This document shows, one piece after another, positions 1 through 9,217 of a DNA stretch of 64,000 bases. The stretch covers positions 115,698 to 179,697 of the forward strand of contig CAJWLU010000006.1 of assembly GCA_913043225.1 (NCBI GenBank), read 5' to 3'. A program made the position numbers and the translations under genes. The stretch comes from an uncultured Acidobacteriota bacterium (GTDB lineage Bacteria > Acidobacteriota > Vicinamibacteria > Vicinamibacterales > UBA8438). How positions within the stretch are numbered: the first letter of the stretch is position 1; each line of letters starts with the position of its first letter. Under the pieces are notes generated by a model. It saw only the letters and a list, made by a program, of their open reading frames with translations, was not told the origin of the DNA and made no database searches.

Positions 1-29
1 CTCCACCTGGCAGCGTCACCGCTAGCCGC

Positions 30-1412
30 ATGCTGAGGAACACGATGCCACGATACCGGTTGACAGCAGGTCTCTTGACGATGGTCTGGTTCCTGCTGCT
101 CTCGTCCCAGGCGCGGGCGCAGGACGACTTCACGCTGAGCGCACTCGCGATGGGGCTCGAACACCCCTGGGAGGTCACGTGGGGACCTGACGACCATCTG
201 TGGGTGACCGAGCGAACCGCCTTTCGGGTCACGCGGGTGAATCCCATCGATGGCAGCCGGCAGGTGGCGGCGACAGTTCCTGGTGTGTTCCAAAGCGTGG
301 CGCAGGATGGTCTGCTAGGGTTGGCCCTGCACCCGAGGCTGATGGAGGGGTCGGGTGAGGCGTATGTCTACGTGGCGTTCACCTATCAGGATGTTACGGA
401 CGTGCGACTCAAGGTCCGCCGCTACTCGTACGACCCGAGCGCCGGGCAGCTCGATGATCCTCTCGACGTCATCACGGGCCTGCCGGCTCACGACGATCAT
501 CTCGGGGGGCGGTTGGCAATCGGTCCGGACGAGAAACTCTATCTGAGCATCGGAGACCAGGGGGGTAACTGGCTCCACAACTTCTGCAACCCCAACCTGG
601 CGCAAGAACTGCCGACCGCGGCTCAGATACAGGCTGGCGATTGGACGACCTACGAGGGCACGATTCTTAGACTGAACCTCGACGGATCAATTCCGGGCGA
701 CAACCCGGTGCTCGATGGGGTGCGCAGTCACGTGCTGTCGTACGGCCACCGGAACCCGCAGGGCCTGGCCTTCGGCGACGACGGCCGGCTGTACGCCTCG
801 GAACATGGCCCGAGCACTGACGACGAGTTGAATTTGATCCAGGCCGGCGGAAACTATGGTTGGCCGCAGATTGCCGGTTATCAGGACGACCAGATGTATG
901 TCTACGCCAACTGGTCTGCCGGCACTCAAGCGTCCTGTGCCTCGTTGAGCTTCAGTCAGAGTCAGGTTCCCGCGTCCGTGCCGCAGGAAACAGAGGCCTC
1001 CTGGAGCCATCCCAACTTTCGGCCGCCGCTCCAGACGCTGTTCACGGTGCCGAGCAACTACGACTTCGACGCTCAGGGTAGCGCGACGATCGCGCCGTCG
1101 AGTTTGGCCATTTACACGGCTAGGGATGGGGGTATTCCCGGGTGGGCCGATTCGCTTCTGGTGCCAGGTCTGATCAAGGGAAGGATGTATCGCCAGTCGC
1201 TTTCGTCAGATGGTACGACTGCGGCGGGTGAGCCGATCGAATTATTCCGCACCACAAACCGCTACCGCGACCTGGCTCTGCACCCGAACGGACGGACGAT
1301 CTACGTGGCCACCGACAGCTCCGGCCGCACGACGGGCGCCGACGGCACGATGACACAGGCGTTGGAACACCCAGGGGCGATCATTCAGTTCACCTACGAG
1401 GGATCGCGATGA
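30..1412 (+). CDS. PQQ-dependent glucose/sorbosone dehydrogenase (soluble s-GDH-like), secreted
   Basis: Signal peptide; motifs HPWEVTWGPD, GLLGLALHP, HLGGRL, GHRNPQGL, EHGPSTDDELN, NYGWP, RYRD. True start may be ATG at 45. Confidence 0.9.
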   Translation: MLRNTMPRYRLTAGLLTMVWFLLLSSQARAQDDFTLSALAMGLEHPWEVTWGPDDHLWVTERTAFRVTRVNPIDGSRQVAATVPGVFQSVAQDGLLGLALHPRLMEGSGEAYVYVAFTYQDVTDVRLKVRRYSYDPSAGQLDDPLDVITGLPAHDDHLGGRLAIGPDEKLYLSIGDQGGNWLHNFCNPNLAQELPTAAQIQAGDWTTYEGTILRLNLDGSIPGDNPVLDGVRSHVLSYGHRNPQGLAFGDDGRLYASEHGPSTDDELNLIQAGGNYGWPQIAGYQDDQMYVYANWSAGTQASCASLSFSQSQVPASVPQETEASWSHPNFRPPLQTLFTVPSNYDFDAQGSATIAPSSLAIYTARDGGIPGWADSLLVPGLIKGRMYRQSLSSDGTTAAGEPIELFRTTNRYRDLALHPNGRTIYVATDSSGRTTGADGTMTQALEHPGAIIQFTYEGSR

Positions 1413-2119
1413 GAGTGGCTCCGCTGCTCCTTGGGGGCCTGCTGCTTTACTCCGGGTCCGTCTCGGCACAGGAGCAGAATCCACACGCGCAGCACTATCC
1501 GAACATTACGGGCGAGGTGGTCTTCGAGAATGAGCGCGTGCTCGTGCAGCGGTTCGTGCTGCAACCAGGCGAGTGGGAAGGGATTCACACGCACTCGGGC
1601 CAGCAGTTGGGTTTCGGGCTGTCCGAGGGCGAGTCGACGGTTCGGTATGGTAATGATTAGGCGGTCTCGCTCGGTCGGCTAGGCTCTGCGTTCTGGCAGC
1701 GTGCTGTCTCCTTGAGTGAACGGCACGAATCCGGGGCCACGGGAGACACGCCGGTCGAGTGGCTCTGGGTCAATATAAAACCGGGAGATCAGGCGAGCGC
1801 GCCAGCAGGCGTGGATCACCACCATCACTATCCGAACATCTCGGGCGAGGATGTCTTCGAGAATGACCGCGTGTTGGTGCAGAGATTCGTGATGCTGCCT
1901 GGCGAGTGGGAGGGGATTCACTCACACTCCGGAAACCAGCTCTACATCATGTTGAGTGAGGGCGAGTCGACTGTCCGCTATGGCGAGAACGAGCGGATCT
2001 CGCAGTCGTACGTCGGACAGGTGGCGTGGCAGCCAGCGGTCGATCTCAGTGAGCGGCATGAGTCCGGGAACACGGGTGACACTCCGCTTGAATGGCTCTG
2101 GGTGAACTTTAAGCAGTAG
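1409..2119 (+). pseudogene. Secreted tandem two-domain cupin-like protein interrupted by one in-frame TAG (1658-1660)
   Basis: ORFs 1409-1660 and 1712-2119 are in the same frame. Read-through gives two homologous repeats (FENxRVLVQRFV..PGEWEGIH.HSG...HESG.TGDTP.EWLWVN); the TAG aligns with a Glu (GAG) in repeat 2. Confidence 0.8.
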
Positions 2120-2188
2120 CACGGTGCACGGGCCTGCTATCCTGAACCGAATACTTAGAAAGCCAGGTTAACCGAGGAGATCAAGAAG

Positions 2189-3154
2189 ATGACAAGACTG
2201 TTGATAACCAGCACGTTAGGTCTTTCGCTGGCGGCTCTGCTTGGTGTGTCCGGAGTGGCCGTGGCGCAAGAGCCGCCCAGCACTTCGTGGGGCGCCCCTG
2301 ATCTCCAGGGGGTCTGGGACTTCCGCACGCTCACCCCGCTACAGCGCCCAGAAGACCTCGGCGAGAAGGCCATTCTCACTGCCGAGGAAGTGGCAGAACG
2401 CGAGCAGGCGGCGATCGATCGCAACCTGGAAGTGTGGGAGCGCGAGGCGCGTCGCACTGAGGCCGGCGGCAACGTTGGCGGTTACAACAACTTCTGGATG
2501 GATAACGGAACTCGAGTGATTGAGCGAACATCGCTCATTATCGACCCTCCGAACGGTCGCCTGCCGGAGGGGACGGCGTCTGCCCAGGAGCGTCGGCGGA
2601 ACAGTCCGGGGTCGTTCGTCGTCGAGTTCCCGGAAAGCTATACTGACTTGAGTCCGGCCGATCGATGCCTCCTGGGCTTTAACGCGGGTCCTCCAATCAC
2701 TCCGGCCGCTTATAACCAGAACGTGCAGATCTTCCAGACCGAGGAGCACGTGGTCCTCTTGACCGAGATGGTGCACACGGTGCGGGTCATTCCGATCCAG
2801 GCGCAGCCGCCACTCGCTGGCAGTGTGCAGCAGTGGTCCGGCGATTCGCGTGGTCACTGGGAAGGCGACACCCTGGTCGTCGAAACGAAGAATTTCGACT
2901 CGGCCCGGGGGTGGCGGGTAACGACGGACAAGATGACCCTCGTTGAGCGTTTCCGCCGAGTGGACGACGGGACGCTTGAATACGAATTCACCGTGACGGA
3001 CCCGGACACGTGGGCGGCGCCGTGGACCGCCAATATCCCGATGGTGAAGAACGAGCAGCCGATGTTCGAGTACGCGTGCCACGAAGGGAACTATTCGATG
3101 CCTCAGATGCTCGGGGGTGCCCGTGCCCTCGAACTTGCAGGAGAGGGACAGTAG
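2189..3154 (+). CDS. Secreted hypothetical protein of the 'WGxPDLQGVW...YACHEGN' family
   Basis: Signal peptide, GGAG RBS, motifs WGAPDLQGVW, GDSRGHWEGDTLVVET, FEYACHEGNY. Confidence 0.8.
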   Translation: MTRLLITSTLGLSLAALLGVSGVAVAQEPPSTSWGAPDLQGVWDFRTLTPLQRPEDLGEKAILTAEEVAEREQAAIDRNLEVWEREARRTEAGGNVGGYNNFWMDNGTRVIERTSLIIDPPNGRLPEGTASAQERRRNSPGSFVVEFPESYTDLSPADRCLLGFNAGPPITPAAYNQNVQIFQTEEHVVLLTEMVHTVRVIPIQAQPPLAGSVQQWSGDSRGHWEGDTLVVETKNFDSARGWRVTTDKMTLVERFRRVDDGTLEYEFTVTDPDTWAAPWTANIPMVKNEQPMFEYACHEGNYSMPQMLGGARALELAGEGQ

Positions 3155-3181
3155 GCGTCGCCAACTTGACGTTTCTGACCG

Positions 3182-3232
3182 AACGGCGGTCTGAGCAGGG
3201 AATCTCGCCCTACTCGGTCCGCCGTTTTCTTT
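3182..3232 (+). terminator. Probable intrinsic terminator
   Basis: Inverted repeat aacggcgg...ccgccgtt with inner pairing, followed by ttcttt, just after the stop at 3154. Confidence 0.65.
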
Positions 3233-3413
3233 GTGCGGTGGCTAGTGAGGGAACCGGCAGCACGGGTTCCGCCGAAGCCTGCGGCGCCATCGCAGCCTGG
3301 CTCGACTAGGGTTTGGGCGGATGTTCTTTCGGCTCGCCGTCGAGAGCGCACTGCCAGGCCCGGGTGTAGGTTCTAGTCGAGCGAACAACAGGCCGGATAG
3401 TCGCGACTGGTAC

Positions 3414-3439
3414 AACTTGGCGCTCCCAACGGGATGTGC
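3414..3439. repeat. Degenerate copy of tRNA-Glu 3' end (att-like)
   Basis: aacttggcgctcccaacgggat (3414-3435) matches 8651-8672 at 20/22; 3418-3439 matches 14625-14646 at 17/22. Confidence 0.55.
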
Positions 3440-3533
3440 TCCCTTTTCACTGTTGGCCTCGTTGAGAGCGAACGGTCCTTGGGCAGTGTCGCTGCCTGCG
3501 TCTCGCTTACGTCCGTGCGCGTGAGGCGGTCTC

Positions 3534-4376
3534 CTACATCCCGGAACCGTGGGTTAAGGCCCAGTTAAGAGCGGCGTCGAAGAGGCGATGGCCGTCGTCG
3601 GTCATCCGGTGATAGGTGCCAAGATCGTTATTGTTCTCGGTGAAGAGCGAGATGCGCAGGTTTGGCGAGGGCGAGCCATCAAAGAGCGTGCCGCCTGGGA
3701 GAATGAAGTAAATCGACTGCGCTTCAGGGTAGTCAGGAAGGGCGGCCACCGACTGGACCCCTGGTGCCAACACGTCATTTACAGCCCAGTTGATCTCCGC
3801 AGGCAGGGTGTAAACGGTAACGCGGCCAGACAACCCTGCAGCCAGTGCGTGTGATGGATCCACGATGACGATATCGGTCTCGCCAGGAATGGCGCCAAAG
3901 TGGCCGACGTCGACCGCGCCGGTCGGCTCTTCAACCGTGCCCCCCGCACCTCCTTCCGGTGAACCGGGATCGACACTCTGACCCTCTGGGTCCACGAACT
4001 GAAACTCATCCTGCAGGAACGCTTCCATGTTGATGAGCGGCGAAGAGGCTGCAATGAGTTTCGTCCCGACCGAGCCTGAATTCACCGACTCGGGAATGAT
4101 GATCAAGTCTGCCGCGTCGGCCGCCGCTCGCATGTCGGCCTCCGCGGTGTCGTCAGGCATCATGGTCACCTGCTGCCCCAAGTTAAGGCGAAGATGGAGT
4201 TCGAGCGAGCGGTCGTCGAGGCTCGTACATTTAGCGTAGGTGCCGTTTTCGTCCCCGCAAATGATCAGAATGTTCATGTTTCCTGGGGCAGCCTGCTGGC
4301 CGGACGCCGGCGCGGCAAGAGCGATTGTGAGCCCGGCAACACCGAGGCATACCGAATACTTTCTGTTCATTTGCAT
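3534..4376 (-). CDS. Secreted acidic hypothetical protein
   Basis: Long ORF, GGAGG RBS before ATG 4376, signal peptide (LAAPASG); no family recognised. Confidence 0.7.
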   Translation of the reverse strand: MQMNRKYSVCLGVAGLTIALAAPASGQQAAPGNMNILIICGDENGTYAKCTSLDDRSLELHLRLNLGQQVTMMPDDTAEADMRAAADAADLIIIPESVNSGSVGTKLIAASSPLINMEAFLQDEFQFVDPEGQSVDPGSPEGGAGGTVEEPTGAVDVGHFGAIPGETDIVIVDPSHALAAGLSGRVTVYTLPAEINWAVNDVLAPGVQSVAALPDYPEAQSIYFILPGGTLFDGSPSPNLRISLFTENNNDLGTYHRMTDDGHRLFDAALNWALTHGSGM

Positions 4377-4590
4377 CCTCCAGACGTCCACCCGCTGTCA
4401 GTAGCGGCTTGGGTTCCGAAGGTGACTGTACCCCGTCTTTCAACACCCAGGCCCAGTTATCAGGTACAACGTAGACTCGAAAGGTCAGCGACCTCGCGAA
4501 ATCGCCCGGTAATTGCCTTGAGCGCCTGCCCGGTGTTCGTGCAGGGCAGCACAGGATCCGGGTCAGCGAGCTACCGGATGAACCACTGGT

Positions 4591-4612
4591 TGGCGTCCCT
4601 CAAAGGATACGG
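4591..4612. repeat. Degenerate copy of tRNA-Glu 3' end (att-like)
   Basis: tggcgtccctcaaaggatacgg matches 14625-14646 at 16/22; its right flank also aligns ungapped with the flank of the 3418 copy. Confidence 0.4.
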
Positions 4613-4764
4613 GCCCCTTTCCGTGGTGGGGTCATTGGTGGGCAGTCAGCATCCAGGCCACACCGTCCGGAGAGACGGTCTGATGCGGTGTGCTGACTTG
4701 CAGCAACTCATGGCACTCGAACGGTACGATCGGCGACCGCACTCGATTCAGGAGTCGAACCATC

Positions 4765-7068
4765 ATGACAACGAAGTCAGTGTTGGCGGTGCTCGGTGCG
4801 TTTCTGTTTCCTGCCTACGGCGTTCTGGCCCAGCAGACGACCTCCGCTGAGCCACCGGACGTTCCCGCCGACATCCAGGAGTGGATGCACACCGCGTGGG
4901 GCATGGACCCGCAGGTGCTCGGTGTCACCGACACGCACTTTCTATCGGCGTTGAGCACGACCGAACGGCAAGGCGCCTTTCTGTTCAAGCAGCGCTGCAA
5001 CACTTGTCATTATTCGACGATGTCGAGCACCAGAGGCGTGGGGGCGGGTCTCGTTGATGTGACGTCGTATGGACCGTCGCTCTCCAGGGCGAACGTCGAC
5101 GGGGAGGACCGAGAACGCGCGACCCGCCAACGTATCTCGGAAGGTTCCGCTACGATGCCCGCTTTTAAGTATGCCCTTCGCGCTGACCAGATCGACTCGA
5201 TCATCGACTACCTGAAGAAAGTCGACACGCTCCGCCCGCCGGTGGTCGACCGGCTGGTGGAGCTAGCGGCACCGGACGCGGCGGAGGTCACAGCTTTCGA
5301 TCAGACTGCTGGACCTCTGTGGGGGATTGTCACGTCGACTTCAGGCGAGTCGCTCCAGGGGGTGACCGTGTCGGCCCGTTCCCCGGGCAGGAACGTCACG
5401 ACGAGTGTCTTCACGGACGGCGATGGTGAGTACTATTTTCCGCCCCTTGAGGCGGGACGACCATACAAGGTGTGGGCACAGGCGCAGGCGTTCGAGGCGG
5501 GACGTGCGGACGTCGCGATGAGCGAGGTAGCGGCTAGACAGGACTTCACGCTTACCCCTACCGCGGATTTCCATAATCAGCTCACGGGAGCCCAGTGGTA
5601 TGCAGCGCTGCCGGATGGCACGCGTGAGGACCGCCGGATGAAGGAGGTATTTCGGGCAGCCTGCATGGGATGCCACCCTCAGAACTTTTCACTGATCAGC
5701 AGGTTCGATGAGGCGGGCTGGCGGAACATTATCGACGTGATGAGTCGGATGCACCCGTATCGGTATGGGAGTCCGGCTGACGGGGCCAGGCGCCAGCCGA
5801 ATGCGATCATGGTGCACTTTAGGGACGAACTGGCAGCCTGGCTGACCAAGGTGCGCGGTCCGGGGCCGTCGCCGATGACGTTTACACCCCGACGACCCAC
5901 TGGGAACTCCACGCTGATGATCGCCCGTGAATACGATGCACCGGAGCCAGGATTCGGCTTGCCATTCTTTAATGATGGCAATACCGACTGGGCGCTCGGT
6001 CCGGTGGATTTCATGGATGAGTCGAAGCACCACGCCATGAACGCGACGGTGGATGAGGATGGGGATGTGTGGATGGCCGACATGTTCAACATCACCCGTA
6101 CCATCGTCAGGTATGACTGGCGGACGGGGCAGGCGACCAATTTCGCGCTGTCCGAGACACCGGACGCTCCCCCCGCGAACTCGCACGACATCATCCGGGA
6201 CGATGACGGGATTGTGTGGTTCGACATGAGCTCCATCGGCGCGCTAGGACGTATCAATCCGCGGACGGGCGAATCGAGCATTATTCGTCCTCCCGAGGGA
6301 GCGAGAGTGGGGCCCTGGATTGGCGACGACGGACTGGGGGGCATCTGGACTGCCGGGGCCGCGAACGACGTGAAGGCGATGCGCTACGACCCGGGGACGC
6401 GCGAGTGGGTTTTGTTCGAGAACCCGATCCCGAACGCGTCGAACTACGGGATGACGGGAGACGGTGTTGGCAACGGCTGGTGGTCGACTGCTATTCCCCG
6501 GGACGGGTTGATGAAGGCGGACCTTGAGACGGGTCAGGCAACGTTCGTGCCGCTACCCGAGGCGGTGAACGACAGGACCGAGTTGTTTACCTCCGAGGAA
6601 ATGGCGGTGTTTGCTGATCGGCTGACGTTCTACGGCTATGGTAGGCCGGGCGCTATGGCGATCCGAAAGCCGGGCGCCGATCCACGAAGTACGACCTTTT
6701 GGGGGTGCGCGTGGTACGGAAGCGGCTTGTTGCAGCTCGACAGTCGGTCTGACCTCGAGAAGATGTATCCCTTTCCGCCTGAGCACGCGGACGGGAACTG
6801 CTACGAGACATCTGTAGACGATGACGGGATGGTGTGGTTGCCCTTTACGCATGGTGATGCAATCGCGAAGTTCGATCCGAGCAGGGAAGAATGGACGAGC
6901 TACTTTCTGCCGACGATCGGGACCAAGACACACGGGCTACAAGCGGTGACGGTGGAAGGCCGGACTCAGATCGGAATGGGCTATCTCGGTGCCGGCAAAG
7001 TGGCGAAACTCGAGTTTCGGACGAAAGAAGAATTGCAGCAACTGAAGGCAGAAACGCGTGGGCCGTAA
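4765..7068 (+). CDS. Diheme cytochrome c / carboxypeptidase-regulatory-like domain / Vgb-like beta-propeller fusion protein
   Basis: AGGAG RBS, signal peptide; CNTCH...MPAF; GVTVSA...TTSVFTDGDGEYYFP; CMGCH; C-terminal D-x-D-G-x-V-W propeller repeats. Confidence 0.8.
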   Translation: MTTKSVLAVLGAFLFPAYGVLAQQTTSAEPPDVPADIQEWMHTAWGMDPQVLGVTDTHFLSALSTTERQGAFLFKQRCNTCHYSTMSSTRGVGAGLVDVTSYGPSLSRANVDGEDRERATRQRISEGSATMPAFKYALRADQIDSIIDYLKKVDTLRPPVVDRLVELAAPDAAEVTAFDQTAGPLWGIVTSTSGESLQGVTVSARSPGRNVTTSVFTDGDGEYYFPPLEAGRPYKVWAQAQAFEAGRADVAMSEVAARQDFTLTPTADFHNQLTGAQWYAALPDGTREDRRMKEVFRAACMGCHPQNFSLISRFDEAGWRNIIDVMSRMHPYRYGSPADGARRQPNAIMVHFRDELAAWLTKVRGPGPSPMTFTPRRPTGNSTLMIAREYDAPEPGFGLPFFNDGNTDWALGPVDFMDESKHHAMNATVDEDGDVWMADMFNITRTIVRYDWRTGQATNFALSETPDAPPANSHDIIRDDDGIVWFDMSSIGALGRINPRTGESSIIRPPEGARVGPWIGDDGLGGIWTAGAANDVKAMRYDPGTREWVLFENPIPNASNYGMTGDGVGNGWWSTAIPRDGLMKADLETGQATFVPLPEAVNDRTELFTSEEMAVFADRLTFYGYGRPGAMAIRKPGADPRSTTFWGCAWYGSGLLQLDSRSDLEKMYPFPPEHADGNCYETSVDDDGMVWLPFTHGDAIAKFDPSREEWTSYFLPTIGTKTHGLQAVTVEGRTQIGMGYLGAGKVAKLEFRTKEELQQLKAETRGP

Positions 7069-7104
7069 TCCCAATGACCCACGTGTAACGCCTGGAGTTT
7101 TCAC

Positions 7105-8448
7105 ATGAAGTTCAGATCGTTGCGGGTCATTCGTGCCGTCTGGCTGCTGGGTGTCGTCGTGGTGATGGTCGGTGCCGTTCCTACGCGGGCTCAGGTTGGA
7201 CGATTCGAGCCTCTGGGCGACGGGCCATGGACCTACCGGACGAACAGCGCTCAGTTCCGGGTGGTCGTGGTGACGAAGGATCTTGCTAAGCCCTGGAGTC
7301 TCGCCTTTCTCCCCGACGGCAGCCTGCTGGTGACCGAGCTGGGCGGGCAGTTGCGGATTGTTCGCGACGGCGTGCTCGATCCGGAGCCGATTGCCGGGGT
7401 GCCCCGGGTACATGCGGTCAGGACGGGTGGGCTCATGGACATTGCGCTCCATCCGCGCTTCGCCGAGAACCAGCTGGTCTACCTCTCGTACACGAAGCAG
7501 GGTCCGGACCTGGCGCCGGGCACGGAGCCGCTGTCGGCGCTGGTTCCGGACGGGCTGATACAGCCCAATCCCACGGGCTTGACCACGACGAGCGCCGTCT
7601 GGCGAGCGCGATGGAACGGCACGGCGCTCGTCGATGGCACTGACATCTTCGTGGCCGACAGTTTGATGGACGACAGCATTTCCATGACGCAGGCGTCGCG
7701 GATAGTGTTCGGCCTGGACGGCCTGCTCTACCTGGGGGTGGGGGCTCCGAATGCCCCCGCCGCCTCAGGCAAGTACGCCCGAGCCAGGGGCGCTCGCGCC
7801 CAGGAGCCAGACAGCCACGGCGGCAAGTTTCTGCGTCTCAGAGACGACGGCACGGTTCCGGAAGATAACCCGTTCGTCGACCACGCCGGCTACAAGCCGG
7901 AGATCTTCACGATGGGACACCGGAACATGCTCGGGCTGACCGTCCACCCGGAGACTGGCATGATCTGGGCGCACGAGAACGGCCCGGCAGGTGCCGACGA
8001 GGTCAACATTCTCAACGCCGGCGCGAACTATGGTTGGCCGCTCGTGGGTCTTGGACGGGACTACTCGGGAGACTTCATTGGCGGGGTTGGCGCGCTCGGC
8101 GAGGCCGCCGGCCGGCTCGACGCCCACACGATGCACATGCCAGGCATGGAGACGCCGGTCATCTTCTGGACCCCCACAATCGGTCCGTCGGGAATGACGT
8201 TCTATTCGGGTGATCGGTTTCCCGGGTGGAAGGGTAGCCTGTTCGTCGGGGTCATGAAGAACCAGCGTCTGGAGCGTATCGCCATCGGCGAGAACGGCTG
8301 GCTCGGGCCTCGGGAATGGTTGCTCGATGATCTCAAGCAGCGGATCCGCGACGTGCGCCAGAGTCCGGACGGGTTGCTCTACGTCTTGACGGACTACGAC
8401 CCGGGAGCCCTGCTCAGGATCGAACCGCTCTCGCCGCGCTCGCCGTGA
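7105..8448 (+). CDS. PQQ-dependent sugar dehydrogenase family protein (GSDH/YliI-like)
   Basis: PWSLAFLPDG, GGLMDIALHPRF, VPEDNPF, GHRN, DEVN, NYGWP, RIRDV. Confidence 0.85.
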   Translation: MKFRSLRVIRAVWLLGVVVVMVGAVPTRAQVGRFEPLGDGPWTYRTNSAQFRVVVVTKDLAKPWSLAFLPDGSLLVTELGGQLRIVRDGVLDPEPIAGVPRVHAVRTGGLMDIALHPRFAENQLVYLSYTKQGPDLAPGTEPLSALVPDGLIQPNPTGLTTTSAVWRARWNGTALVDGTDIFVADSLMDDSISMTQASRIVFGLDGLLYLGVGAPNAPAASGKYARARGARAQEPDSHGGKFLRLRDDGTVPEDNPFVDHAGYKPEIFTMGHRNMLGLTVHPETGMIWAHENGPAGADEVNILNAGANYGWPLVGLGRDYSGDFIGGVGALGEAAGRLDAHTMHMPGMETPVIFWTPTIGPSGMTFYSGDRFPGWKGSLFVGVMKNQRLERIAIGENGWLGPREWLLDDLKQRIRDVRQSPDGLLYVLTDYDPGALLRIEPLSPRSP

Positions 8449-8489
8449 ACGGCACGGGGAGCCTCACATCATCGCCTACTGGGCCTACT

Positions 8490-8569
8490 TGGTCGCCGTC
8501 GTTCGTCAGGTCTTCGGCGCGCGCGCCTCTGAGGATGTTGAGCAGCCCGTAGTTGCCTTCGTGGCACGA
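8490..8569 (-). pseudogene. C-terminal remnant of a 'YACHEGN' family secreted protein
   Basis: Minus frame reads SCHEGNYGLLNILRGARAED, homologous to the end of 2189-3154 (ACHEGNYSMPQMLGGARALE); no upstream body. Confidence 0.65.
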
Positions 8570-8580
8570 GCACGACGTTG

Positions 8581-8634
8581 GTCCTGGTCGAGAACTGGTT
8601 CGAAGAGCTGAAGCGCCTCGTACCGCTTCCGTGA
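8581..8634 (+). pseudogene. C-terminal remnant of an Acidobacterial Ser/Thr kinase-PD40 type protein
   Basis: Reads VLVENWFEELKRLVPLP-stop, which I recognise as the typical terminus of that family; no upstream body. Confidence 0.55.
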
Positions 8635-8654
8635 ATCTTGCTCGGGCAAGAACT

Positions 8655-8676
8655 TGGCGTCCCCAACGGGATTCGA
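8655..8676. repeat. Exact 22-bp duplicate of tRNA-Glu 3' end (att site)
   Basis: tggcgtccccaacgggattcga is identical to 14625-14646. Confidence 0.9.
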
Positions 8677-9217
8677 CCGTACTTGGACGACCCGAATCGC
8701 AACCGAGATTCGGGCGGCGTGAGGGCCTCTGCTGCGTCTTCGATTCTGCCCTTCGGCACCACTCTTTTCGCATCTCGCGATCGCGTCATTCCACCGGGGA
8801 ATCCCGCAGGTAGACAAATGGCAGACACTTGCGCGAAGGTGACACGCCTCACTGAACAGAACCGTCGCCCCTCCGAGAATCTCGCCAGTCGGGTCGAACG
8901 GAATCGGCCGCGTCCGATCGCTCGTGGTCGTCCTTGTCTCGAGAAGCTCGAAATCTGTGGTGTCGTGTGCCTGATGTTCTAGCTGCGGCTGTTCTCGCAA
9001 GGGGCAAGCAAGAGATCTTCGACCAGGTCGTCAAGCAGTCGGATCACTGAAGCAGTCCGGCTCCTTCTCTGCAAGGAACTCGACCTGCAGCCGGGACGAC
9101 CGAGCCTGCCAGAGGAGCGGGCGTCTGTGATTCACTAGATTGCCTACCCCCTTTGCCCGTGCTGGTCTAGCTAGGAGTCTGACGGCGGAAAGGGACCCAT
9201 GTGGTAGGGTGCCTCGC

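Noticed and set aside
1658..1660. Genome-wide TAG reassignment or pyrrolysine
   Set aside because: Many well-defined genes here end at TAG at their expected C-termini (e.g. 31584, 54087, 62844), and there are no pyl genes in the window.
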